A stretch of DNA of 32,763 bases from Acidimicrobiia bacterium (GTDB lineage Bacteria; Actinomycetota; Acidimicrobiia; Spongiisociales; JAENVV01), in contig JBFGJH010000005.1 of assembly GCA_041577335.1 (NCBI GenBank), positions 62,001-94,763 of the forward strand. The letters run 5' to 3'. Below are positions 17,194 through 25,932 of the stretch, piece after piece (position 1 is the stretch's first letter; every line of letters starts with the position of its first letter). Both the position numbers and the translations under genes were made by a program. The notes beneath the pieces are model-generated. The model saw only the letters and a list, made by a program, of their open reading frames with translations. It ran no database searches and was not told where the DNA came from.

Positions 17194-18564
17194 ATGGTCC
17201 ACGAGCACGTCTCCGATGATTCGGTTCTCGCTCCTGCATATGCAGGCCGATTGAGCCGCACCCCGGTACCGAAGCATCGCCTACCTGAGGGTGAATCCAA
17301 CCCCGAGGCGGTCTACCGGCTGATCCACGACGAGCTACTTCTCGACGGCAGTTCCCGACTGAACATGGCCACCTTCGTCACGACTTGGATGGACCCCGAG
17401 GCCGAACGGCTCATGGCTGAGACGTTCGACAAGAACATGATCGACAAGGACGAATACCCGCAAACGGCAGAGATCGAGCGGCGGTGCGTGAATATCGTCG
17501 CCGATCTGTTCCACGCCCCCGGAGACGGAGATGCCGTAGGCGTATCCACGATCGGTTCGAGCGAGGCCGTCATGTTGGGTGGGCTGGCCATGATGTGGCG
17601 CTGGCGGCAGCGCCGGGAAGCCGAGGGCAAATCAACCGATCGCCCCAACATGGTGATGGGCTCCAATGTTCAGGTCGTCTGGGAGAAGTTCTGCAAGTAC
17701 TGGGATGTCGAGGCGCGATACGTTCCGGTTGCCGAGGATCGTTTTGTGGTTGATCCCGGAGAAGTGATGGAACGGGTCGACGAGAACACGATCGGGGTGA
17801 TTCCCATCCTGGGAACCACCTATACAGGCGAGTTCGAGCCGATCAAGGAGATCCACGACCTTGTGGTCGCCTACAACGCGGAGCACGGCCTCGACATCCC
17901 GATCCACGTCGACGGCGCCAGTGGAGGTTTTGTGGCGCCGTTCCTTCATCCACACCTGGAGTGGGACTTCCGGCTTCCGCAGGTGAAGTCGATCAATGTC
18001 TCGGGCCACAAGTACGGTCTCACCTATCCGGGCATCGGCTTCGTGATCTGGCGTTCCGAAGAAGACCTTCCGGAAGACCTCGTATTTCATGTCAACTATC
18101 TGGGCGGCGACATGCCCACGTTCACACTCAACTTCTCCCGGCCGGGCAACCAGATCGTCGGCCAGTACTACAACTTCGTGCGGCTCGGCCGTGAGGGGTA
18201 CACCCGGATCATGGAGTCGCTGCGTGACGTTGCGCTCCACTTGTCGGCTGAGATTGCCGCCATGGGCCCGTTTGAGGTCGTGAGCGACGGATCTGCCATC
18301 CCGGTGCTGGCTTTCAAGGTCAAAGACCCCGCCCGCTTCACGGTATTCCATATCTCCGACCAGCTTCGGATGGGGGGTTGGCAAGTTCCGGCGTACACGA
18401 TGCCTGAAAACGCCACCGACGTCGCCGTGCTGCGCATTGTCGTCCGCGAGGGCTTTGGAATGGACCTTGCGGAAGGCCTCCTCGATGCGATCAGCAAAGC
18501 CGTGGCCCACCTGGACGAGTTCCCGCCGGCTCATCCCGCTCCCGGGCCGGGGTTCGCCCACTAG
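17194..18564 (+). CDS. gadB: Glutamate decarboxylase (PLP-dependent)
   Basis: LNMATFVTTWM, NMIDKDEYPQT, STIGSSEA, HVDGASGG, SGHKYG (PLP Lys), C-terminal GFAH; RBS GAGAGG before ATG 17194. Confidence 0.96.
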   Translation: MVHEHVSDDSVLAPAYAGRLSRTPVPKHRLPEGESNPEAVYRLIHDELLLDGSSRLNMATFVTTWMDPEAERLMAETFDKNMIDKDEYPQTAEIERRCVNIVADLFHAPGDGDAVGVSTIGSSEAVMLGGLAMMWRWRQRREAEGKSTDRPNMVMGSNVQVVWEKFCKYWDVEARYVPVAEDRFVVDPGEVMERVDENTIGVIPILGTTYTGEFEPIKEIHDLVVAYNAEHGLDIPIHVDGASGGFVAPFLHPHLEWDFRLPQVKSINVSGHKYGLTYPGIGFVIWRSEEDLPEDLVFHVNYLGGDMPTFTLNFSRPGNQIVGQYYNFVRLGREGYTRIMESLRDVALHLSAEIAAMGPFEVVSDGSAIPVLAFKVKDPARFTVFHISDQLRMGGWQVPAYTMPENATDVAVLRIVVREGFGMDLAEGLLDAISKAVAHLDEFPPAHPAPGPGFAH

Positions 18565-18584
18565 GCACCAGAACGCGACCGATC

Positions 18585-19265
18585 ATGCAATGGCATCGTC
18601 ACCTGACGTGGAATCCCGGCGACCTGGGATGGCGGGTGGCGTTGCTGTTCATGATCGGTTCGTTCCTCTTTGCGCTCGGATCATTTCCGGCCTATTCCCA
18701 GCTCGTGGATGGACGGGTGGTTGGCATCACGTTCGTGGTCGGATCGATATTTTTCACGTCAGCCGGCTACAGCCAGTTCCTGCAAGCAATCAACGAGGGA
18801 AACTCCGGGCCGTTCAAGCTCTTCGCGTGGCAGCCGAAGAGCATGCTGTGGTGGGCTGTCTTCGTGCAGTTGATCGGAACGCTGTACTTCAACGCCAACA
18901 CCATCGACGCCATGTTCACCACCTTCTCGACGCAGCAGGAAAACCGGCTGGTTTGGGGGCCCGATTTCATTGGCTCAATCGCCTTCTTGGTGGCCAGCCA
19001 CCTCGCCTGGCTACTGGTGTGTCACCGGGTGTGGTGTGTGCAACGCGACAACCCGGATTGGTGGATATCTGCCCTCAACTACGTGGGATCGATCTTCTTT
19101 ATGGCTTCGGCCCTCGCTGCGTTCACGCTGCCCACCACCGGCAACGTCATCAACCTCACCATCGTGAACTCGGGGACCTTTTTGGGAGCGGTGTGCTTCT
19201 TCGTGGGCGCCTACCTCTTGCTGCCCCCGGCGCGAGCCTCAGCCGAGTCGCCAGTTGAGGCATGA
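18585..19265 (+). CDS. Polytopic membrane protein, YrhK-like repeats
   Basis: About six hydrophobic helices with recurring (I/V)GS(I/F)xF motifs; ends GTFLGAVCFFVGAYLLLP. Confidence 0.8.
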   Translation: MQWHRHLTWNPGDLGWRVALLFMIGSFLFALGSFPAYSQLVDGRVVGITFVVGSIFFTSAGYSQFLQAINEGNSGPFKLFAWQPKSMLWWAVFVQLIGTLYFNANTIDAMFTTFSTQQENRLVWGPDFIGSIAFLVASHLAWLLVCHRVWCVQRDNPDWWISALNYVGSIFFMASALAAFTLPTTGNVINLTIVNSGTFLGAVCFFVGAYLLLPPARASAESPVEA

Positions 19266-19289
19266 CGTCCTCAGTCTGGGCCGCCAAGG

Positions 19290-20027
19290 TCAGCTATCGC
19301 CCGGGACCCAGACATCGCCTGATGCGGGTGGCAGGTATTGCTTGATGGCCTTGGCAGGGACTCCCCCGACCACGGTGTAGTCCGGCACGTCTTTGGTAAC
19401 CACCGAGTTGGCGCCGACGATGCACCGGTACCCGATCGTCGTGCCCGCCATGACGACGGCGTTGTAGCCCAGCACGGTGTTCGACCCGATGGTGACCGGG
19501 CGTCCCTCCCTCCCTCCGATGGCAATGGGCACAGAGAAATCATCGAAGGGATGCGTGTGTGTCTCGATCGTGACGCCGGCCGACACCATCACATAGGACC
19601 CGATGGTGAGCGGTGCTCGGTCGTCCAACATCACATACCGGTTGAGCAGGGAGCCGTCTCCGACAGTGATGTTGTCGCCGCGCGAGAACAACACGTTGTG
19701 GTGAATGGTGACGTCGTCGCCGCAGTGCTTGAAGATCCGTTTGGCGAGGATCCGCCTCACCTCGATGGCAAAACCCTGCATCATCGCCGCCGGCGTACGA
19801 TCAAACATCCGCCAGAACATCGTGTAGTAGAGGTTCGGGTCGGGCGGCGGCGGGGCGTCGTCTCGACCCCGAAACGGATCAGTGGGCACGTACAAGTCAC
19901 CGCCGGCCTGGTAGCCAACGACCATCTCGTTGACGGCGCTCAAGAACCGGCTCGCCTCGGGCCGCAGGCGGTCCCCGTCGACGAGCTCTTTGAAGTCGTC
20001 GAGAAGCTTCTCTTCAAAACTTGGCAT
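19290..20027 (-). CDS. Hexapeptide-repeat (LbH) acyltransferase with N-terminal helical extension
   Basis: ITVGDGSLLN, LTIGSYVMV, HTH, VTIGSNTVLG, IVGANSVVTKDVP..VVGGVPAK. Confidence 0.9.
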   Translation of the reverse strand: MPSFEEKLLDDFKELVDGDRLRPEASRFLSAVNEMVVGYQAGGDLYVPTDPFRGRDDAPPPPDPNLYYTMFWRMFDRTPAAMMQGFAIEVRRILAKRIFKHCGDDVTIHHNVLFSRGDNITVGDGSLLNRYVMLDDRAPLTIGSYVMVSAGVTIETHTHPFDDFSVPIAIGGREGRPVTIGSNTVLGYNAVVMAGTTIGYRCIVGANSVVTKDVPDYTVVGGVPAKAIKQYLPPASGDVWVPGDS

Positions 20028-20036
20028 CGGGGCCCA

Positions 20037-20834
20037 TCATGCCAGCGAAGATCCTCGAAGTTGACGCGCGCCACGCCGGAGGGCTCGCCCATATTGGGAC
20101 AGCACAATGATCCGACCGATCAGCCGGCCATACTTGGCGCCCATCTTGGTCATGCCCGCCCCGTACCGACGAGTAACAGGCACCTCGGCCATGCGGAGAC
20201 CGGCAGCCTCGGCAGCAAACAGCATCTCCAATTCGCATTGATAGCGACTTCCTGCGAACTCCACGGCTTCAATTGCTTCGCGGCTGAGCGCTCGGAATCC
20301 ACAATACGGGTCGGTGAGGCGCTGGCCCAACAGCCTGGCGAGGATGTGGCAGGTCGCCGTGCGAACCAGGTAACGGTTGAGAGGCGTGCCGCCCCGGTGC
20401 TCATCATCGACGTACCGGCTGCCGAGCACCATGTCTGCGTCGCCCGAGAGTATCGGTCCCACGACCCGAGCAATCTCTGCGGGATCATGCTGACCGTCGC
20501 CGTCGATGAAGACGAGCGGATCGCAGCCCTTATCCAATGCGGCAGCCACCCCATCGCGCAAGGCTGCGCTCTTACCGCGATTGTCATGTGTGTGGAGAAC
20601 GATCGCTCCGAGCCGGCGGGCCACGTTGGGCGTCTCGTCGCGAGAGCCGTCGCTGGCCACAAACACCTCTACTTTGCGAGTGTGAGTCTCGGACGCTATC
20701 CGGGGCAGGATCTCTGCCAGGCCGGGCGCTTCGTCGAATGCGGGAATCACGACGGCAATTGGCGGGAAACCAAGCTTGGTGTTGGCGGCGACCTCCGGGC
20801 GCTCGGTGAGTTCCCCATCTGTCTGGCTGCTCAT
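20037..20834 (-). CDS. GT2 glycosyltransferase (polyprenol-phosphate hexosyltransferase-like)
   Basis: VVIPAFDEA, SDGSRDET, NRGKSAAL, FIDGDGQHDP, VLGSRY, DPYCGFRA. Confidence 0.9.
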   Translation of the reverse strand: MSSQTDGELTERPEVAANTKLGFPPIAVVIPAFDEAPGLAEILPRIASETHTRKVEVFVASDGSRDETPNVARRLGAIVLHTHDNRGKSAALRDGVAAALDKGCDPLVFIDGDGQHDPAEIARVVGPILSGDADMVLGSRYVDDEHRGGTPLNRYLVRTATCHILARLLGQRLTDPYCGFRALSREAIEAVEFAGSRYQCELEMLFAAEAAGLRMAEVPVTRRYGAGMTKMGAKYGRLIGRIIVLSQYGRALRRGARQLRGSSLA

Positions 20835-20863
20835 CAGGTGTGTCTCGTCGTCTAGGCGTCGTT

Positions 20864-20879
20864 ACGAACGATCGTTCGT
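20864..20879. promoter_or_regulatory. Perfect 16-bp palindrome, putative repressor operator
   Basis: ACGAACGATCGTTCGT, just downstream of minus-strand -10 TAGGGT (20887-20892). Confidence 0.6.
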
Positions 20880-20944
20880 TTGCGCAACCCTATCAAACCG
20901 CCTGATGCAATGCGGACAACACGCGGTGGTAAGCCTGGATTGGT

Positions 20945-22675
20945 CTATCCGGGCACCAATCGCGGGTACTCGAGGTTCCATGTCTCGAGGTGAAGTCGGT
21001 CTTCCACCTCGTCCACGGTGACACCGGAGGTATTGCCGGAGTCGATTGCCACCTTGGCTACCGCAGCAGCGATTCGGTGCGTCACCGCCCGCAGATCGGT
21101 CAATGGCGGGAAGAGGTCACCGCGGTGGAGGCTACCGGCATCCATTTGATACGCCAGCGTCTCCGAAGCGGCTGCGAACATGGCGTCGGTCACCACCCGG
21201 GCACCAGCGACGATCGCACCGAGCCCTACCCCCGGGAATATGTACACGTTGTTGCATTGGGAAACCGGAATCGAAACGCCTCCCCACTCGACGGGGTCGA
21301 AGGGGCTCCCTGTCGCCACGATCCCATGCCCTTCGGTCCAGGTGATGATGTCTTCCGGCAGCGCCTCACATTTCGAGGTGGGGTTCGACAGGGCCATGAC
21401 CACTGGCCGGGCGACGTACGCCACCATCGGCTTGACGATCTCCTCGGTGAAGAGCCCGGCCTGGCCGCTCGTGCCGATGAGCACCGTAGGACGAAGCGAC
21501 TTGACCAGGCCGGCGATGTCGGTGAGGTCCCCTTCGGGAACGATCTTCTCTGGCCAGGCGAGAGGGTGTTTGAACGGTTCGAGGTCGGCGCGTCCGTCAT
21601 GCACCAATCCACCGCTATCGACGAGGGAGACAGCCCGAGTGAGATCCTCTCCGGCAAGCCCCGATTCCTCGAGAACGTGGCGGAGTTGCCGGCCGATCCC
21701 CATTCCGGCGGCTCCGGCACCCACGAGCATGAACCGATGATCGGTCATGTATGTACCAGTGGCTCGACACATCGCCAAGAGCCCGGCGATCACGACCGCG
21801 CCGGTGCCCTGGATGTCGTCATTGAAGGACGGCAGGTCATGCTTATACCGATCGAGCAAGCGAAGCGCATTGGCTTTCTTGAAATCCTCCCACTGGAGCA
21901 AAGCGCCGGGGAACCGCTTCTTGACTGCCGAGACGAACTCGTCGACGAAGTCGTCGTACGCCTGCCCCCTGAGGCGGCGCTCCGGCCACCCGACGTACAA
22001 GTCGTCGTCGAGGAGGGACTCGTTGTCGGTTCCGACATCGAGACTGATGGGCAGCGTGTATGCGGGGTGAACACCGGCCGCCAACGTGTAGAGGGCGAGC
22101 TTGCCTATCGGTATCACCATGCCGCCCGCACCCTGGTCTCCCAGTCCGAGTATTCGTTCGTTGTCGGTGACGACGATCAGGCGGACTTCCTCGTTGCGGG
22201 CGTGCTCGAGCACTTCATCGATCCTCCCGGAGTGTTCGGGGGTTATCCACAAGCCCCGCCCGCGCCGGAAGATGTGGCTGTATCCCAATGCCGCCTTGCC
22301 TACGGTGGGGGTGTAGACGATTGGGAGCAATTCCTCGATGTGATCGGCGAGCACCTGATAGAACAGCGTCTCGTTGCGGTCCTGCAGGCCGGCCATGCCG
22401 ATGTATTTCTCGAGGGGATTCTGGACGCCCTTTCGATAGATGTGCTCGTAAGCGCGGCGCACTTGCCGCTCCCGGCTGGTGATCTGGTGCGGAAGCATGC
22501 CGATGAGGCCGAACGTGCGGCGCTCTTCCTCGGTGAAGGCCGTGCCTTTGTTGAGGAGCGGGTCCGATAGGACGGCGTTTCCGCGTTTCTTGATTTCCGC
22601 GATCACGAACTCGCCAGCAGGATGGCGTTCGATCCGGTATTGCATGGTGGCCCCCGGTGAGGAGTGAGTAGTCAT
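20945..22675 (-). CDS. maeA: NAD-dependent malic enzyme (large MaeA/SfcA type); alternative start 22645
   Basis: LLNKGTAFT, PIVYTPTVG, VVTDNERILGLGDQG, QWEDF, FNDDIQGTG, GAGAAG, ALSNPT, QCNNVYIFPG. Confidence 0.95.
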   Translation of the reverse strand: MTTHSSPGATMQYRIERHPAGEFVIAEIKKRGNAVLSDPLLNKGTAFTEEERRTFGLIGMLPHQITSRERQVRRAYEHIYRKGVQNPLEKYIGMAGLQDRNETLFYQVLADHIEELLPIVYTPTVGKAALGYSHIFRRGRGLWITPEHSGRIDEVLEHARNEEVRLIVVTDNERILGLGDQGAGGMVIPIGKLALYTLAAGVHPAYTLPISLDVGTDNESLLDDDLYVGWPERRLRGQAYDDFVDEFVSAVKKRFPGALLQWEDFKKANALRLLDRYKHDLPSFNDDIQGTGAVVIAGLLAMCRATGTYMTDHRFMLVGAGAAGMGIGRQLRHVLEESGLAGEDLTRAVSLVDSGGLVHDGRADLEPFKHPLAWPEKIVPEGDLTDIAGLVKSLRPTVLIGTSGQAGLFTEEIVKPMVAYVARPVVMALSNPTSKCEALPEDIITWTEGHGIVATGSPFDPVEWGGVSIPVSQCNNVYIFPGVGLGAIVAGARVVTDAMFAAASETLAYQMDAGSLHRGDLFPPLTDLRAVTHRIAAAVAKVAIDSGNTSGVTVDEVEDRLHLETWNLEYPRLVPG

Positions 22676-22748
22676 GAGATATCGAATCCCACGCCCCGTA
22701 GCCAGGGTCGTTGGTCACCTTGCGAGGTGCCTCCTGCCCCACTCACCC

Positions 22749-22800
22749 TGAACCCCGGGTTCGGGCATTCAGAAATGACTTGCTCAGCCCTGGGTTAGGC
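22749..22800 (+). repeat. Two copies of a 17-bp palindromic motif (TGAACCCYGGGTTCGGG family)
   Basis: TGAACCCCGGGTTCGGG at 22749-22765; degenerate TCAGCCCTGGGTTAGGC at 22784-22800. Confidence 0.5.
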
Positions 22801-22812
22801 ACAGCCGATTGC

Positions 22813-23391
22813 TCATGGGGTCACGTCCAGGCATTGCACATACACAGTGACCTCGACGTTCCGGTCGTTGGCGATCCGTTCGAAGTAGACCTGCCATTCG
22901 TTCGAAACGTCTGTCATTGTCCATGCCCAACTCGGGACCGATCCCGTCACCCGAAGCTGCGGTTGGCCACCCTCGTCGCCGATGGACCAGCCCGCACCGG
23001 TGGCAAAATCACCGCTGTCACACGAGACAACGACGCCAGCCAGGATCGCCCCAGCCGGGATCTCTTCCTGCGAACTCTGCCAATAGACGACGGAGTCGTC
23101 CAACACGAAGGCGGGACCGGGAAGTCCTTGTGGACCTTGCGGCCCCGTTGGCCCGGGCGCCCCTCGTGGGCCCGGTGCCCCTTGGGGTCCGGCCGGTCCT
23201 TGCGGTCCGACGGGACCCTCTAGGCCCGCCGGCCCTTGAGGGCCTGGCTCACCCTCCGCGACCACCGGAACAGCGACCGCAGTCGTCGTCTCGGGAGTCG
23301 ACGTGGGGTCAGGTTCCGAGACCTGTGTTTCGCCTCCGCAACCAGCAACCATCAACACCAGAACAAAGCACAGAGATCTGAGTCTCCGCAT
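22813..23391 (-). CDS. Collagen-like lipoprotein
   Basis: Lipobox VAG-C; 16 uninterrupted Gly-X-Y triplets (23110-23253); C-terminal beta-rich domain with two Cys ([14 protein letters not shown]...VYVQC). Confidence 0.85.
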   Translation of the reverse strand: MRRLRSLCFVLVLMVAGCGGETQVSEPDPTSTPETTTAVAVPVVAEGEPGPQGPAGLEGPVGPQGPAGPQGAPGPRGAPGPTGPQGPQGLPGPAFVLDDSVVYWQSSQEEIPAGAILAGVVVSCDSGDFATGAGWSIGDEGGQPQLRVTGSVPSWAWTMTDVSNEWQVYFERIANDRNVEVTVYVQCLDVTP

Positions 23392-23585
23392 AGCGCCCTT
23401 TCGACAGGCTGACCATATGCCAACAATCGACCCTGGACCAGAGCCGAAAGACACAACTCAGGCTTGGCTCGGCGGGTTCTCGCCACGATCCAATCCCTGC
23501 GGCGGGTCATGCAAGACGGCCGCTCTCGAGTCGCCGATAGCGCATGTCCGAGCCAGATTTCCACGCACCGTTGTAGGCTCATTCA

Positions 23586-24455
23586 ATGGATGAGCCCGGC
23601 GTGAAGCGCCGATTGGCGTCGGCCCCCTGGTGGGCAGTGGCAGCGGTGGCGGTTGCCTTTTTGATGCTGCTGGCTCTCGTCGCCGCTGGAGCGCGCGGCC
23701 TCCCAGGGCGAGAAAGCCGCCCTCCCCCCTTCTTGATCGACGTCGACCTGGGATTCGCCTTCCAGGTGATGGCGGGAGTGGCCCTGGGGCTCGTCGCAGT
23801 GGCGATGATCCTGGTGCTGCTGCTCGGCGGTTCGGGTTTGGAGCTCCCCGAGCGCAAGAAGGCGTCGCCGTGGCGAATCTTGGCTGGCTTTGCGGTGGTG
23901 TTCGCGGCCGTGCTGATCCTGCAGCCCTTTCTCGAGCAGCTTGGCTTTCCAGCGGCCCTCTCGGGGACAGGCGACCAGAGTGCCGCTCTCGACGGAGCCT
24001 CTCAACAGCAGTCCGGATCTCGCTGGGCCTTGGCCATACTGGGCGGATCGGTGGTGCTGATCGTCATGGCGGCGGTGGCCATGCGTCGCGCCTTCGCGGA
24101 TGTCGAGCAGCCCGAAGGTGTTCCTCCTCCGGTCCACGTCACCGGTGTGATTGACGACGTGTTGGCGGAACTGGAGGGATCGACCGATCCGCGCGAGGTG
24201 GTAATCGGCGCCTACGCCCGGATGGAACGCGGCCTCACGGATGCCGGCCTGCCCCCTCACGCCAGTGAAGCGCCGTACGAGTATCTCGCCAGGTCGTTGC
24301 GGCATCTTCGCGTGAGTCACTCGGCCATCACCCGCCTCACAGAGCTTTTCGAGATTGCCCGATTCAGCAATCACGACGTCCATTCCCAGCTGGCTGAGGA
24401 GGCGATCGCCGCCTTGAACGAGATCAAAGCCGAGCTGACTGGTGTGACGACGTGA
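23586..24455 (+). CDS. DUF4129-domain membrane protein
   Basis: Four TM segments, then DPREVVIGAYARMERGL...SEAPYEYLAR...LTELFEIARFS; leaderless TAGGCT-N6-ATG. Confidence 0.83.
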   Translation: MDEPGVKRRLASAPWWAVAAVAVAFLMLLALVAAGARGLPGRESRPPPFLIDVDLGFAFQVMAGVALGLVAVAMILVLLLGGSGLELPERKKASPWRILAGFAVVFAAVLILQPFLEQLGFPAALSGTGDQSAALDGASQQQSGSRWALAILGGSVVLIVMAAVAMRRAFADVEQPEGVPPPVHVTGVIDDVLAELEGSTDPREVVIGAYARMERGLTDAGLPPHASEAPYEYLARSLRHLRVSHSAITRLTELFEIARFSNHDVHSQLAEEAIAALNEIKAELTGVTT

Positions 24456-24961
24456 GATTCATCCTGGGCGGCACCATTGTGATGGCCGGACTGGTTGCCC
24501 TGGCTCTGCTCTGGCTCGATGGATTCGTTGAGTTCGCCGCCTACCAATTGCTGCTCGTGGCGTTCGCCGGCCTGGCGGTCCGCCGGCTCCGGACGCCCGA
24601 GAGCAATGAAGAAGACGAGCCAAATGCTCCGCTTCGATTCGTGACCAGACTGGCAAGGAAGCCCCCGAGGACCGTCCCGCCCCAATTGGCCAAGGTCGAG
24701 CGCCTGGTCGTGTTTGGGAAGTCCACCGCCTTCGACGCCGAGTGGCGGCTGCTGCCATTCTTGAGGTCGATCGCCGCCGAGCGCCTCGAAACCCATCATG
24801 GTCTCGATATGGTGGCCAACCCGGACCTCGCAGGGCAGGTGATCGGCGAACCTGGTTGGGAGCTCTTGAGCCCCAACCGCGAGCAGCCCACCGATCGACT
24901 GGCGCCTGGACTGAGCCTCGCAAGCATCGATGTGGCTGTGACAGCGGTCGAGAGGATCTGA
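24452..24961 (+). CDS. Hypothetical membrane protein of the MoxR operon
   Basis: Two N-terminal TM helices; GTGA and TGATG translational coupling on both sides. Confidence 0.78.
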   Translation: MRFILGGTIVMAGLVALALLWLDGFVEFAAYQLLLVAFAGLAVRRLRTPESNEEDEPNAPLRFVTRLARKPPRTVPPQLAKVERLVVFGKSTAFDAEWRLLPFLRSIAAERLETHHGLDMVANPDLAGQVIGEPGWELLSPNREQPTDRLAPGLSLASIDVAVTAVERI

Positions 24962-25932
24962 TGGTGTCCCTGCCCACGTCCGAAGTCGCCAGTCTCGGAC
25001 TGTCGTTGCTGGACGAGGTCGAGAAGGCCGTCGTGGGCAAGCGCAAGGTTCTCGAGCTGATGCTGATGGCGGTGCTCGCAGACGGCCACGTGCTCATCGA
25101 GGATTATCCGGGCCTCGCCAAGACGCTCATGGCCAGATCGTTCGCACAGGTCACCGACCTGAAGTTCAACAGGGTGCAATTCACGCCAGATCTGATGCCC
25201 ATGGATGTCACTGGATCTCCCGTGCTCAATCCAGCCACCGCCGAGCTGACTTTCCGACATGGTCCCCTCTTCAGCAACCTCTTGCTTGCTGATGAGATCA
25301 ACCGGGCGCCGGCGAAGACGCAGGCTGCGTTGCTCGAGGCGATGCAGGAACGACAGGTCACCGTCGACGGAACGACCTACCGGCTGGAGCGGCCCTTCCT
25401 CGTGGTCGCCACCCAGAATCCAATCGAATACGAGGGCACTTACCCGCTACCCGAGGCCCAGCTCGACCGATTCATCGTCCGAGTCGGTATTGGATATCCG
25501 ACACGAGACGACGAGTGGCAGATTCTCAGCGATCGAGTCGAGAGGCGCACCGACGAGACCGACCTCGCCGTCGTCGTGGACTCCGAGACGCTGCGTTCGA
25601 TGCAGGAGGCTGTTGAGGACGTGCACGTTTCCGAATCGGTCGGTCGATACATCGTCGACTTGGTAGCGGCGACCCGCCAGCGCGCCCGGGTGCTGGTCGG
25701 CGCCAGCCCGCGCGGCTCGCTGGCTGTGATGAAGGTCGGACGAGCAAGGGCGATCCTCCACGGACGCGACTATGTGACGCCGGAAGACGTCAAGGAAGTG
25801 GCCATCCCGGCACTCGCCCATCGCCTGATTCTTCGGCCCGAGCTATGGGTACAGGACATCCGGAGCGACGACATCGTGGCGGAATGCCTGGAGCTCGTTC
25901 CGACTCCTCCGTCCGTGCCAGAGCGCCGCTGA
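24961..25932 (+). CDS. moxR: MoxR family AAA+ ATPase
   Basis: GHVLIEDYPGLAKT, RVQFTPDLMPMD, LLADEINRAPAKTQAALLEAMQE, ATQNPIEYEGTYPLPEAQLDRF, GASPR. Confidence 0.95.
   Translation: MVSLPTSEVASLGLSLLDEVEKAVVGKRKVLELMLMAVLADGHVLIEDYPGLAKTLMARSFAQVTDLKFNRVQFTPDLMPMDVTGSPVLNPATAELTFRHGPLFSNLLLADEINRAPAKTQAALLEAMQERQVTVDGTTYRLERPFLVVATQNPIEYEGTYPLPEAQLDRFIVRVGIGYPTRDDEWQILSDRVERRTDETDLAVVVDSETLRSMQEAVEDVHVSESVGRYIVDLVAATRQRARVLVGASPRGSLAVMKVGRARAILHGRDYVTPEDVKEVAIPALAHRLILRPELWVQDIRSDDIVAECLELVPTPPSVPERR

Noticed and set aside
19338..22570. 505-aa and 526-aa plus-strand ORFs
   Set aside because: Antisense to the acyltransferase, GT2 and malic enzyme; typical high-GC shadow frames with no motifs
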